Shown: positions 12,571 to 26,273 of the stretch, piece after piece | How positions within the stretch are numbered: position 1 is the stretch's first letter | Layout: the number at the start of each line of letters is the position of its first letter | NCBI GenBank assembly: GCA_043228905.1 | Contig: JBHGNT010000015.1 | Coordinates: forward strand, 1,736,001 to 1,800,000 | DNA: 64,000 bases | Origin: Azolla caroliniana | Taxonomy: Eukaryota; Plantae; Polypodiophyta | Reading direction: 5' to 3' | Notes under the pieces: model-generated | Databases searched by the model: none | What the model saw: the letters and a program-made list of their open reading frames with translations, nothing else | What the model was told of the DNA's origin: nothing | Made by a program: the position numbers and the translations under genes

Positions 12571-13631
12571 TCTTCTCTCTGTCTCTCTGTGTCTGTCTTT
12601 CTGCGAAAGCAGAGCTTTCGAAGGAAGAAGAGAGAAAGAGTGTTAAGTTAGCTGCATTCTTTGGGTGCCCTTCAGCATTTTGTTCTTCTTTCTTTCTCTC
12701 ATGGCAAGAGCCCCTCACCACTACAGTGACAGCTATGGGGCGGAGTCGGGGAAAGGCAAGAAACAGAGGGAATATAAGAAGAAGAAGAAGAAGAAGAAGA
12801 AGAACAGAGGAAACTGGAGAAGAGATGGAAGAAGAAGAAGAAGAAGATGATGATGATGATGAAGAAGAACAGTTTAAAGGGATCAACAGAAAGAGCATGA
12901 TTTCTTTGAAAGACAAAGAAATGGCATATTAGTTACCCACTTCCAACATAAAAGCCTTTCTCCCCTCCACAAAATATTGTAAGTCTCCTTTTTTTTCTCA
13001 TCACATTCTCGTGTTCTTCTGTTCCCATTATTATTTTTTGTTCTCACAAAACACTTTGGAAGTTACATTTCCTATCCTCTCCTGCCCTTTATGCATCTCG
13101 TTATTTGTTATTAATGTTATTAGCTTTTGCCCTTTTATTTACCCTTACCACGTCATTGATTCAAGAAGCTTAAATATTTTCCTCTTTGCTTGATCATGTA
13201 TGCTTTTTATATGTACGTTTCATCTTTCTTTTCAATTCTTTTGGTTCCTTTTTTACAATCTTATTTAGATCACAAACATAAGATGAAATGGGTTGTTTGA
13301 TTATGTATGTATTTCTCTTTCTTCTAAACCCTTTTTGGTTTTAATATATTAGCTCGAATCAGATCACAAGCATAAGCTGGAATGGGTAGTTTGATTATGT
13401 ATGTGTCATATATACATATATGCTTTTTCATTTTCAAATTTTTGGGTTTATTAATGCATATTGGCAAACAACAGCTCACAAAATTAATCCGAAATGGGTG
13501 TTTTTATCTGTATGTGCATTTTCTCTTTAAATTTCTTTCAATTATTTTGGTGTTGAATCTATTTACTGAAAATCGAACCTAAAATGGGTATTTCTGCTTT
13601 CTTATATGCCTTTGCAGAAGCAAAACTTGAA

Positions 13632-16600
13632 ATGGCGCACACTTCCGAGATTGGAATAAGCACAGCAAGAATGAAATATTTAGGGGATGGTGAATCAATT
13701 TTCTCGAAAGATCAAGATATTAGGGATGATTTTATTCACACTGCAGCAGTCGAAGAAGGTGGAAATGATGCTCACACTTCAATTGAAATTCCGGAAATTA
13801 CCAACCGATGGGTGCCTGAAGCAGATCGATCCACAAGTATAGGTAAATTTTTTCTCCAAGCTAATATTTTACAGCTCTATTTTTCATTCTTTCTAGAAGC
13901 ATAAGCTATCTTTTTGGCTCAATAAGGAATTCCCTTGGATTTTTCGAATCACGTTTCAATCACAAGAGGTTCGGAAAATATTCCTGGGATCGTCAAAAGG
14001 AGTAATAGTGGAACAAGGAATCATGGTAGTTCACCCATGCCTGTAACAATTAAGGTATTAAACTTTTCAGAAACACCAAAGTACCCCTAACCTGTTTCAT
14101 ACTTACCATTACCAAATTTTGTATATTCCCAAAAATTACCAGAGCATCTCTTTGCAATAATATACACAATCTATTGCTGCAGATGGTTATTCTGGTAATT
14201 TTTGAAATTCCTATATATTCTATGAAAAACTGGACAAGCAAGGGGTACCTTGGTTTTTGTGACCATTTAAAATTTTTTTAGCGTCTATGTTTGTGTGAGA
14301 GTGTACCTGATACTGGAGGTTTTATAATTGTGCTATATCTTCTTGGTCTAGTTTGAAGACATCAAGTTTCAGGTTCAAATCAATTCTCCGAAGGTATGGA
14401 CACCAACAAAGGCAAATGGCGAGGTGAATGATAACCGAGTTTCACATAGGCAGATATTGAAAGGGGTAACAGGGGTTGTGATTCCTGGAGAAATTCTTGC
14501 TATTATGGGGCCATCTGGAAGTGGCAAGACAAGCCTTCTCAAGATATTGTCAAGTAGACTCCATACCGGAGTCAAAGGCCATGTAACATACAATGATATT
14601 CCTTATAATACAGCTCTGAAGAGGAGGTATTTTCTCTAAATATGGTTTATTTCTTTGTTTTTCGTTATGCAATTGAGTTTGTGGTGATTAATCCCCTTAT
14701 TAGTTACCTCTACCCATTGTTCACATTCATGAATTTTATTTGTCTAATTATTTTACTCAAGCTTCAGGTTCCTGTTCTATATATGTTTTTTTTGTCCTTT
14801 TGTGTTTGTGTATGTGTGTTTGGTTTCTTTTTTTGGTCAATCATTTGGGTATCTAGTGATAATCCCATTTATTGGCGCGGAGATTACATCACATGCTTAC
14901 CATTATTGGATGATTGAATGTGGTATTCAGTGTTAAACTTCTCTTGCAGGATTGGCTTTGTTACACAAGATGATTTACTCTTTCCCCAGTTGACGGTAAA
15001 GGAGACATTGATCTTTGCTGCTCAGCTTCGCCTTCCACGAACCATGACATCTCATGAAAAAATCATGAGAGCAGAGACTGTTCTTAAAGATCTTGGTCTA
15101 GAAAGGTGAAGTATATAGTCGGGGGTCTCTGTATTGGCTTTTTGTTATTGATTTCAAGCAGTTAGACAATGTGGATGGCTCACAGTTGTCAGGGCTTTGG
15201 TCAAGACAATCACTCAGACAAATCTCTATTTGATTGTCTACAATCCTAGGAGATCTTGCTCTTTACTTTGAGTGCCTCTATGCACTTTAGTGTCTAATTC
15301 ACACTTTGTACATTTTTTTATTCTTTGTGGCTTTTAACCTCACATTGACTTTTTCCACTAGCAATATCCATATTAATAAAGAAAAAAAGCTAATTTTCCT
15401 TTTCTCCTATTTAGGTGTCAGCATACTCGAGTCGGAGGTGTCTTTGTTCCGGGTATATCTGGAGGAGAAAGAAAGCGTGCTAGTATTGGGTATGAGTTAT
15501 TGGTGGATCCGTCTTTGTTGTTTTTAGATGAACCCACATCAGGGTTAGATTCTTCAACTGCATTAAGATTACTTCAGGTTCTTGAGAAGAATGCAAAGGT
15601 ACATAACCAAAAGGTTTACATGCGTTGATTGCACAGAAGTTTTTGGTTTCTTATTAGAGTCATATGTGTATGCATCCTATTCAGAAGATATTTCCTGAGA
15701 TGTTAATTTTTTGAGATTATTTGTCATCCAGATTGGGAGAACTGTGGTGATGACCATTCATCAACCATCTAGTCGCCTTTTTCACATGTTTGATAAGCTT
15801 ATACTATTATCCGAGGGGCATCCAATATATTATGGGAAAGCAAAAGATGCAATGCAATATTTTGCTTCTCATCACTATGCTCCTCAGCTTGTGATGAATC
15901 CTGCAGATTTTTTACTTGATCTTGCAACAGGGAACTTTGAAGGTATCACACTCCCAGAAGACCTTCGGAATGTTGTGGTTGCTCTGAAATTCCAAGTAGG
16001 GAACCCAAATGATCAACTCTCGAGCAACACCTCTCTTGACTCTCAAAGTGGTGAACTGAATGCCTCGATAGAAGTAATGAAGGTATACAAATGTTCTTTT
16101 CTTATATCGAGCTCCCAAAGAGTTACAAATACATAACTAGAATCAGTTTTTATTCAAAAGAGTTAACTTATTGAGTTGCTAGGTTTACTACTTGAATATA
16201 TTCAAAACCAAAATGCCCATTAAGTGGAGACATAAAAGTAAAAGTCAAAGAAATGTGAACATCAATTCTGTATTTGAAACCAGGCATTGCAGGATAAGTA
16301 TAGGATAGAGCTTGAACCTCTGGAGAAGAAAAGATTGGTAATGATGGGGAAAGCACCAGAGCATTTGCAAGTGGGAATGCAGGTTAAAAGAGACTGGAGT
16401 TCATCGTGGATTACGCAATTCATGGTGCTATCAAAGAGGACATTCAGAGAACGAGTCCGAGATTATATGGATGTTCTGAGACTTTTCCAAGCTATTGGTG
16501 TTGCTATCTTGCTTGGATTGTTATGGTGGAAATCAAAGGTCAAGAATGAAGCACAGTTACGGGACCAGGTTTAATACAGGAAATCCCTTTTATGTGTCAT

Positions 16601-18207
16601 TAATTTGTGATTTCGTGTAGAAATAGAGAAGCACAATATCTAACAAAAGTGTGATTTTTTGGGATTTGGTGATTGTAAATATATTTTGAACTATGCTACC
16701 CTGTTCTCTAACATCTTGTGATTATTTCTCTCCCTAAAATCTCTCAAACTCTCTCACTATTCTCTTCCTCTATTGCTAGCATTTTAGTTTGGTTGAGGTT
16801 GGTTTTATATCACCTCCCTAATATTGTCTCAATAACATCTCACTGCTTCCCCCCCCCTTCTTGTGCCCACATTTGGTTTTATATTTCAGGTTGGTCTTAT
16901 CTTCTATATTTGCATCTTCTGGTCAACACAATCTATCTATGGAGCTGTGTATAACTTCCCGTTAGAGCATTTTTTTCTTGCGAAAGAGAGAGCTGCAAAC
17001 ATGTACAGGTTGAGTGCCTATTATATCAGCAGCACATTATGTGATATGCCAGCCCAGCTGGCATACCCAACCATCTTCATGACTATCATCTACTTTATGG
17101 CTGGATTCCACCGGACTTTTGTTACGTTTGTCATGACGCTATTGGCTGTATACTTGATAATACTCGCAGGCCAGGTTTGAGATTATTACTATTGTTTTGC
17201 CATGGTACTTAAAATAAAAAACTTCATTGTTATAGGACCAAAGAAATTTGCAAAGGTTCCTGATTATTGAGTTTGGCACTTATTGTTATTACTATTATGT
17301 GTCTAATGATAACTGCATGTTGTAGGGAGTAGGGGAGTTCTTTGGTGCAGCCATATTGGATATCAAGAAAGCTGGGACCCTGGTCTCGCTGATGCTCTTG
17401 ATCTTTCTATTGACAGGAGGCTATTATGTACAAGTAGGTTAACCACACTGTTTTAGCACATACTATCTGAGAGACACAACATCATCACCCTTCGATACTC
17501 ATGGTGGTGAAAGATGGCGGTGTTGTGTCTCTCGAAAATCTAAATTGTTGTCATTGTCCATGAAACTGTTAGAATCGTACAAGCACACGCGCATACAACC
17601 TTCATTAAGAGATTTCATTTTCATGTGAACAATGATAGCTTTGTTTCGACATAGCTGTCTAGTATGATTTTGATGAATTATTATCCACAGGGAAGTTTAA
17701 AAGTACATGATCATTCTTTCATGGAGTTTTCATATCTATATTATTCAAATTTCCCAGTCATAATATAGGTTTTTATTTAAACTTTGTGCATGTGTATGTG
17801 CTAGATCCTCCTAGGTGTTGTATGAGATGAGTTGGAGTGTCAATTTGTAGCTATTTACCGTTTTAATGAAAGAAGATTATTCTGATTAATTTGTGTTATA
17901 TGGATTGATGATTCTAAAACAAATGTTTCAATACATGCAGCACATTCCGGGGTTTATGAAATGGTTGAAATACATATCATTTGTATACTACGGATTCCGT
18001 TTACTTTTGAAGATGCAATATTCACCGAGCCAACTATATGATTGTGCTGAGCGTGGAGGATGTGTCAGCATTCAAGAATCCCCATCCTTCCAATGGATTA
18101 GCCTTAATGGAGGGGCAAGGGAAGCATGGGTATTGATTGTAATGGCAATAGGTTACCGGGTCCTTGCGTATGTTTTCTTAAGGAGGAGGATTAAATTAGA
18201 GACATGA
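13632..18207 (+). CDS. ABCG26: ABC transporter G family half-transporter, ABCG26/WBC27-like (sporopollenin precursor export in seed plants)
   Basis: Exons ~13632-13842, 13927-14054, 14352-14626, 14950-15105, 15415-15598, 15732-16082, 16284-16568, 16890-17174, 17326-17433, 17941-18207 with GT-AG introns. Walker A GPSGSGKT, signature [17 protein letters not shown], and ABCG26-like [31 protein letters not shown]. Confidence 0.92.
14058..14270. mobile_element. MITE-like foldback in an ABCG26 intron
   Basis: Nested IRs accaaagtacccct / aggggtaccttgg and aaaaattaccaga / tctggtaattttt, with ttaa at both ends. Confidence 0.55.
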
Positions 18208-18804
18208 TAATGTGACCCATTGGAAAGATGACATTTTAGTTCTACATTTTATAATGGACATTTATCTCGACAAGTACTACTTTCAATGGCAATAAAGATT
18301 TCACATTTTTTGAAATCCTATTCTTAAGAATTCAAGAATCTGAGTAGTATTGAACAAAGAACTTGAATTCTTATTAACATTGAATCAATTACAAGAGTGA
18401 CACTCATGATGGAGATACAACATAATTTTTAATGCAAGATAAAAGATTGAATGGCAAGAATATTCATAGAGCTGTGTGAGGTTAAGGATGTTAGAATAAT
18501 ACCACAAGGGATAATTAAATTGGGAGGTTAAAAGGACAGCCTATAAGCTAACTAATGTGATCTCATAATGGAGATTGTATTCTAGATTGGGAGTTGATAG
18601 TAAAGCAAAAGAGGATGGAATGAACACCATGGTGAAAGAAAGCAAGAGAACAAGCTTTAGTGAATAGTTGAAGAATTAGTTCCTAAATGAGAGCACAAAT
18701 CATTGATGCCCTTGGTGCAAAGAATGAGTTTTATCTTACAAGGGCAATCGTTTTGAAATGCCCATTGCCACATATGAATGTCTATGTTTCCAAGATTTAT
18801 TAAG

Positions 18805-19125
18805 TGGTTCAAGCCCAATCTTTGTTTAATATGTATGCTATGTTTAGATTTGATGCTTTCTCTATTAATCTTGCATCTTAATTCTTTGTTTGATGCAATA
18901 TGGTATTGGATCACATTCTGAAGTCCATTGACTTGCCATACTATGATTTCCATTAACGATTTGTTTATTTCTATGGTTCAAGCCCAATCTTTCTATTAAT
19001 ATGTATGCTATGTTTAGATTTGATGCTTTCTATATTAATCTTGCATCTTAATTCTTTGTTTGATGCAATATGGTATTGGATCACATTCTAAAGTCCATTG
19101 ACTTCCCATACTATGATTTCCATTA
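18805..19125 (+). repeat. ~170-bp direct tandem duplication
   Basis: 18805-18955 is nearly identical to 18974-19125. Confidence 0.9.
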
Positions 19126-20194
19126 TCGCATGCCATTAACTAACATTGACATGTTACAACTACGTCAAACAATACTTGCAATGAGCTATTTGTCACTAAT
19201 AAGATATCATAAGGTATAACAATGCTTTTAAAATACTAAACAAGGAAAACTATAAATTCTATTAAAATTGGTTGATTTCTCTCAACTTGTGCTGTTTTGA
19301 AAATATGCAAAAGCTTGTAAGTCGATAATTTACATCACAATGTGGCTCTTGTTTGGCAATGTATTGGGGGGGTGGGGGGTGGGTGTATATGCTAGAGTTT
19401 CAAAAAAAGGAAGGATTAAACAGTAAATAACTTTAAATGAACAAAAATGTGAACTAATTCTAACAAATGTCCATTTATTTGTTAAAAAGCACTATTATCT
19501 TTTCATCCTAAAAAAGGCATTCTACAAATTGCTTTCAAACTAGGCATCACAAAGCAATTGATTCTCGATTGTTAAGTTGAGAATAATAACCATTGGAAAT
19601 CATGACTACATTATGTACCCTATAGAAGACACATACAAGACTTGCAAGCAAAAGAATTTAGTACACCTCTTGGGCACTAGAATAGTTATATTGATATTGT
19701 TTTAGCGAGTACAGAAGTTTTCTTGATGTATGTCTCCTTTCGAAGAAAGGATATTCGTATTTCAAAGTAGAAAAGTTGATACATGAATTAAGGCACATAA
19801 ATAAAAGCTCAACCCTCTAGATGTTCTCTTTAGAGGATCTCAAGGGTGAGACTCGGTGCTTATTGATGCTTGGGCTTGGCCTTGACTTGGTGCACCGTGG
19901 CGTTTGTCCAAGTTATCATGCTATACTCACAATGCTTTGTTTGGTAAGGCTAGTGTTGCAAATTACCTGGTGGACCCACCATGGCTAGTTCATGGGCGAG
20001 TTGCCAATGCTAAAGCATATATAATGCATTGAGATGCTCATGAGAGACATACTGGAGGTGAAGCGGTTCAGTAGCTTTGCAAGGGTCATAATGCAACAAG
20101 CCTTTGCTCAAGTCGCATGTCGAGAGCCATAATTGCGAGGGGTGAAAGCATGCTATGATGTACCAAAAAAGTACTCTTTTGGCCAAACAAAACA

Positions 20195-23100
20195 TGACGA
20201 CTTTTTATAATATTAGCACTAAAAATTAATAAAAACAATTTCTAACAGTTCTTTAGGGAGTGGAGCAGGGGTAGTACAAAGCGCAATAAAGAGAGAAAAT
20301 GGGGGGGAAGTGGTTGAGAGAGGAACTTACTATTTTGGGGGGAAATATATGTTTTTATCTTATTTGAAGCTTCTTCTTCTTCCTCATTGTTCTTCTTCCA
20401 ATTGAGCATTTTTGTTTGTTTTTAAAAAAAAAAAAAATTTCATACTTCTGAAGTTAATTACTTATATATGAAATCATGTTATCATTTGTTATGAAATTAT
20501 TTATATGGTTCTTGCCGCTCTCATATCCAAAGAGAGAAACACTTCACATGGTTGTAAATGGGGTAACAAAAAAGAAATGTAGTGATACAAAAGTTGCACT
20601 AACCCTTGGAATTCAATGGAGAAACGTGAGGATGCATCAAAGAAATATACAATCAAAACGATTTTTGGGTGGGGTTTAGCCATAGATGATGAAGTGATGC
20701 CTTGTTTCAAGAGATTGTTGAGAAAGTGGATTCTTTTTGGATGAATAACACACATGGTTCATTAAGTGAAAAGGATGTGTGTAGACAATGAATAAGTTGA
20801 GCTAAGTACAAAATTCACCCTAGACATTGCTTGGAGATGACAGAGGTGATTGATTCTTTTCTATCTATTTGGTTTTAGATATGTATTGATTTGTTGATTA
20901 TAAACTTCTATTTATGTTGACTATATGTTTGTTGATGTAGGCTAACTTATTCATGAACTTCAAAGAAAAACATCTAAGCATCAATCTTGGATTTCACAAG
21001 TTATAAGGTTTGAAACCTTTTATTTGTTAGAAAGTTAAAAGAGAGGAACACATGTTGTGTGTACCGCATTAAAATGGACTTATTAGGCTTGCAGTGAACA
21101 CCGTTCTAAGGGTATACACGGGGATGGGTGTGATTGCACATGTGTAATGGTCAAAATGGGGAGCATAATAGATTTAGTGCTCGAAACATGACTTATGCAT
21201 AAGTTTCTGAGTTATGGAGATCTTCGTTTGGGTAAAACAATAATAATCTAAGTGGTATAGTCTTTCATGTCTTTTAAGAACATGTAAAGTTTGCTTACAA
21301 CCATTATTTTGCAGACGTGAGCTTGATGTGGAAAACTCACATTTTGTGGAATGATTCTTTTTGAGTATGTGACACAAAATATAGGGAAAGGACTAGCTAG
21401 GAAGCATATTAAGCAAGTATATAAGGAGACGTGATGTTACCCTTGCGGCAAAGTTTAAGAAGCAACTTGAGGAGTTCATTCCACATAACTTTTAGGAGTT
21501 GTTGGCAAACTTCACAATTCAAAGAATCTATAAATAACTTACCAACTGACGTTGTTGTACACATTTAAAGTTCAAAATGAGGTTGAATCAATGCATTAGT
21601 ACAATGACCAATGTGCAATACTTTTACATGTTTGCTATGGGAGACAAGAGGGTGAATTACATAAGAAATAAATATTCTACATCTCAAATGATAAAAAGCG
21701 TGATACACTATTTGTGCAATATTGTTTTAAGCTTCATCATGAAGATTTATTGTCCTTAGGTCTTGCCTTTAATTAACACTAGGTTTAATCTACTGGGGTT
21801 ACCTCGTAGTTTAAGGTGGCATGATCTTTCTTTTTCATTGCATGGGAAATTACTTGACATTAGTTAGTAATTATAATTTTGATACTTGTTTGTATTAGTA
21901 CTATGATATTGGGTCTTAGTACTTGAGTTGTCTCTAGTTTAGTAGTCTTAGTCTAGAAGCCTTTGTATTACAAGTTACAACTAAAAAATGTACATATTAT
22001 TGTATGTTTAGTACTTGTAGTGTTAAGTCTGTTTGACTAATACTTCATAGGTCTTCAACTTGCAAAGATATAGCACTCATAACTACTTAGTCAATATTTT
22101 CTAGCACTTTCGTACTATAGTCTATGATCAATTTGGCACCAACACTATAATTTTAGTATCCTATGATTTCTGTTCTTTAATGACAACTTTGTACTATTTG
22201 TATAAAAACTTATATGTAACTGTACTATTAGTTTAGTCTCCTATGTTGAATATTATCAATAAAAACTTAGTACTATTAGTATACTGTCCCTTGTACATCA
22301 ATACTAATTGTGTATTCAATTATGAGAAATATATTTAAATAGCAACTTAGTGTTGTTAGTCTACTCTCCCATGTGCATTAGTACTATTAGTCTATTTGCT
22401 TGTGTTCAATATTTTTAAACAACTTAGTACTATTTTCAAAACAACTTAGTACGATTAGGTTGGTCTAAAGTGTGCAACAATACTACTACTAGTAGTCGAG
22501 ATGTAGTGCTGCATGTCATGTGTATGGGCTACTTGTTTCCCCACACTAGTACATTTTTAAGTACTTCTCATTAACCAACATAAAGATGTAACAGAACTAC
22601 TTCGACGCTGGACATGGAAAGGGAGAACATGATGGCATAGGGGTTGTGATTAAGCAAGCTCTTACAAGCGGGCAATTGGATAGTAACGGTGCTCAATTAC
22701 AAAGTGTACATGACATTGTAGAATGGCCGACATGATAGATGAAGATGATGGTAAGAATACTTTGTTTATTGAGATGCTTGTTAATGAGGTGGACAAAAGT
22801 AAAGCATATGGTTGTAAAACTATGAAAGGGACACACAAGACCCACAATGTTTTAGGGTTTAGTCACAAGGACACAACACAAGTATTATTTTATAGTTTAT
22901 CGTGCTTTTGTTCCTTGTGTATAGGTGAAGATTGGGATGAATACATCAATCTATCAATTGTGGAGTCATGGAAGTTGTAGAAACTTGAGATTGAAAGGTT
23001 AGATGATATTTAAGATAATGAACATTTGGAGAATATTGTATATTATGACCAATGTGAGGACTTGGCATGTTTATTGGAAGTTAGATATCATTTTGCACTG

Positions 23101-24307
23101 CTCAAATTTCGTACAAAATGAAGACGTTGAAGATTATTACATTGTGGCATGCTTGTTGTACATTGTGATATCCAAACTTTCCTAAACCTACTACCCCTTT
23201 CACTAAGTGTAAAGATAATTTTATGGACTTTACAATCTCCTCTGAAATATTGTGATCCCTAAATCCTATATCCTCCATGTGCTCATTCAATTTTTAATGG
23301 TATAACACTCTAGAAATAATATTTCTATGATCCTCTTTGTTACCTCCAATAAGTAAGGACTATGTGAAGAACAACATGTCTCTTGCTCCTTTCGGACATC
23401 GGTTTTGTACATTGGTCAATAAAATAAACAAGACACCTCAATCTCATCTATGACTACCATTTCTAATATGTATATCTATTATTTAAAAATAGTAATTAAG
23501 GAAAGTAATTAAGGAAAGTAATTAAGGTAATAAAGGTTAAAGTAAGAAATAGTAGACTAATGTTACCAAATGGGACTTGCATGAGTAAAAAATCAACAAG
23601 AATCATATAAATAATTACATAAGCAATGATATCATGATTTCACATATGAAAACAAAGAAATCAAAGCAGAAAGACGAACATGTAACATTCTTATAAGGAA
23701 TATGAATATGAAATTTAATATGACAAGGAATCACATAAAAACTTTCATAAACAAGAAAAGCATGATTTCATATATGAAAACAATGAAATTGAAAAAGAAA
23801 GATGAACATGAGAATATGACCATACAATGATCTTACAAGGAAAATGAATATAATAAGAAATCACATAAGAGGCAAGCTTCAAAACTAAAAATCGAGAATG
23901 ATTTATGGAAGAAGCTCTGAATTTGAAAACTGCTTAGGACTCATGGAAGAAGCATCAAATCTAAAAATGGAGAACGATTCATGGAAGAAGCTTTAAATCT
24001 GAGTTAGGAGAATGATTCATGCATAAGATACAGATCCCAGTAGGAGAATGCTTGATTAGAAAAAGAAAGATGAGGAAGAGCTTCAAATATGAAATAAAAT
24101 AAAAACATTAATGTGAGGGGGGGAAATATCCACCAAAATGGTAAGTTCCTCTCCTCCATTTTCTCTTTATTGCACTTAGTACTACCCCCAATCCACTGCC
24201 TAAAAAGATTTTCTTTTGCCAAAATTATTTTTTTCTTAATTTTTAGTGCAAAGAATAAAGTCACCATGTTTCTTTTGGCAAAAAACAATATTTTTTTGGT
24301 ACACCAT
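20195..24307 (+). mobile_element. Degenerate TIR DNA transposon with DDE transposase remnants (possibly Sola2-like)
   Basis: ~150-bp imperfect TIRs (atgatgtaccaaaaaa...aacatgacgacttt vs reverse complement of aaagtcaccatgtt...ttttttggtacaccat). Remnants YFDAGHGKGEHDGIGVVIKQAL (~22598) and LSCFCSLC (~22900). Confidence 0.7.
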
Positions 24308-25259
24308 GACATGTTTATATTAAATTAATGGCTTAACGATTAAGGTTGATTAATTCCGTGGGAGAGGGTGTTGGGCTTGAATCTTAGCATGTGTGTGTGG
24401 CGGCTGGCCTCTTATTAATCCCTTGGCATTTTGATAGAGTAGGTAAACATTTAATGCAATAGGTGATCTGCTTCTCTCATTGCAAAAAGGGGAGTTGAGG
24501 GCTCATTTTGGGGTTCGATTGTTTTGGAGGTTGGATCATTTTGGGTCTTCGCTTTTCTTCTTTTATTTCTTGAGTTTTAGGGTTTCTTGTGTGTGGTATG
24601 AGAATGGATATTAGGTCACTTCTCCGTCGGCTTCTACTCCATATTGGGTTGTTTGTGAGAGTTGTTCTTGCTCGGATGAGGAAAGGAAGAGAGAACAAAT
24701 GAGGGATCTTAGATGGGGAGGAGAATGCGTAAGAAGGTGTGGAAAGCCAAGACAATAAAAGATGTGATGAGCGATGGTTCCTCAAACCAAGGTTTCCTCA
24801 AAGAAACCCCAGCTCAAGGAACTTTGGGTTTTAGGAAACCTTGATTTGAGGGTTTCTTCAAGCCAAGGTTTCCTCATTTGTTGGAAGATGAAGAGGGGCC
24901 AACTAAAAACTTTGGTGCACAAGTATCACACACCACCTACCAAGGGAAACTTAAAATAGTTTATGGCTTCTCCTTGTCCTCTTTGACTTGGAGATGTGCA
25001 GTTTGGCCCAATCAAGCACTTCAAGCTAGTTTTCTTAATACATGGAATGTAGATGGATTTGTCAAACATTATTTGAGACATTGAGATTTATGATCTTGGC
25101 CAATGCTTAAAAAATGTCATGCAATGGTTTGGGTATCTTTGTCAATCACTCTCCTTCATTAGCCCTAAAGAATACTAGGCTAAATGGAATGACCTTTGGG
25201 CGGTGGTCGAATATAGGTGATGCATTATTTCATGGGAAGTAGATCATCTTTTGAATATC

Positions 25260-25775
25260 TTCTAATGTGAAACTCCATGGACAACATATTGTTAAATAAT
25301 TTGCCCATTCTCAAAATCATACCTAACCATAAACCTTGTGAGGATTTTGGTATGAACTTGTGTGAGAATGTGGCCTCTCCCAAAGGTTCATTGTGCATTG
25401 ATTTTACTATTGTATTAGGTACTCTTGTCTCCATGGTTGCTTCATCTAATAAGATGATGTGGGCCATAGTATGTAATATACTCGAATGCCTTGGCAAACA
25501 TTCTTTTTCATATGAATGCAAACGAATGCGTATGTTATCTATTACCCATAGGAGTTGTACGAGGAGGTATAAGGGTGGAACACAATAAAGTGGTTGTTGT
25601 GTATGTGTAATGTATATGAGTGTGAGTGAGGATGAATATGTGTATGAACACATACACATTTGTGTGCATGTGTACAAAGATGAGAGGGTGGGTATGTAGT
25701 GTAACTCCCTACTTGTCTCATTCTTATTTGTAATGGTTACCTCTTGTATATATATAAAAACCCCATCCATGGGGC
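25260..25775 (+). mobile_element. Possible Copia RNase H C-terminus plus LTR fragment
   Basis: NILECLGKHSFSYECKRMRM resembles the Copia RH end and is followed by gaggagg and TATA-containing LTR-like sequence. Confidence 0.3.
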
Positions 25776-26273
25776 ATGTTGAATTGCCAATAGGCAAGAT
25801 GAGCACTCCACTGAGGAAAGAATTTCCATTTGCTCCAATAAAGAAAATTGCCACATTAGTACTCCCTTCAACTTTTGTGATATGCTTTCACTCCATGTCT
25901 ACCATCGAATACAAGTGTGTTGCACATGTTCCAATTATGACGCAATCCCCAATATCTCAGAAATAGAAAAACGATCTCCATCTCTGATTTTGGGTCAACC
26001 TATGTAAATTGTGCAAACACCCATTGTCTAGGTGTCAAATAACACTGTGATAAAACTTGCCAAATTTGAGAAATGTAACTCCAAATCAGACAAGCAATCA
26101 GACATTGTATAAATCCATGAGTACTATCTTCCATTTGAACAATGCAAAAAAAGTAATTACCCATTGCTAGTCCACGACGCTTTAGAGTTAATCCCAAAGG
26201 CAATCCTCCAATCAAAACTCTCCAAATGAAGACCTTTGCTACAAGTGGCAATTTAGAATGCCAATTACGTTGT

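Noticed and set aside
12207-12651. Cys/His-rich repetitive ORFs (YCLPRHAHP repeats)
   Set aside because: Products of the 30-bp minisatellite; open in several frames with no gene structure.
12930-12932. Stop codon repaired by U-to-C editing
   Set aside because: Plant U-to-C editing is organellar, and this locus is nuclear with spliceosomal introns.
25225-25854. 209-aa minus-strand ORF
   Set aside because: Spans TE debris (LINE end, LTR-like DNA) with no coherent domain.
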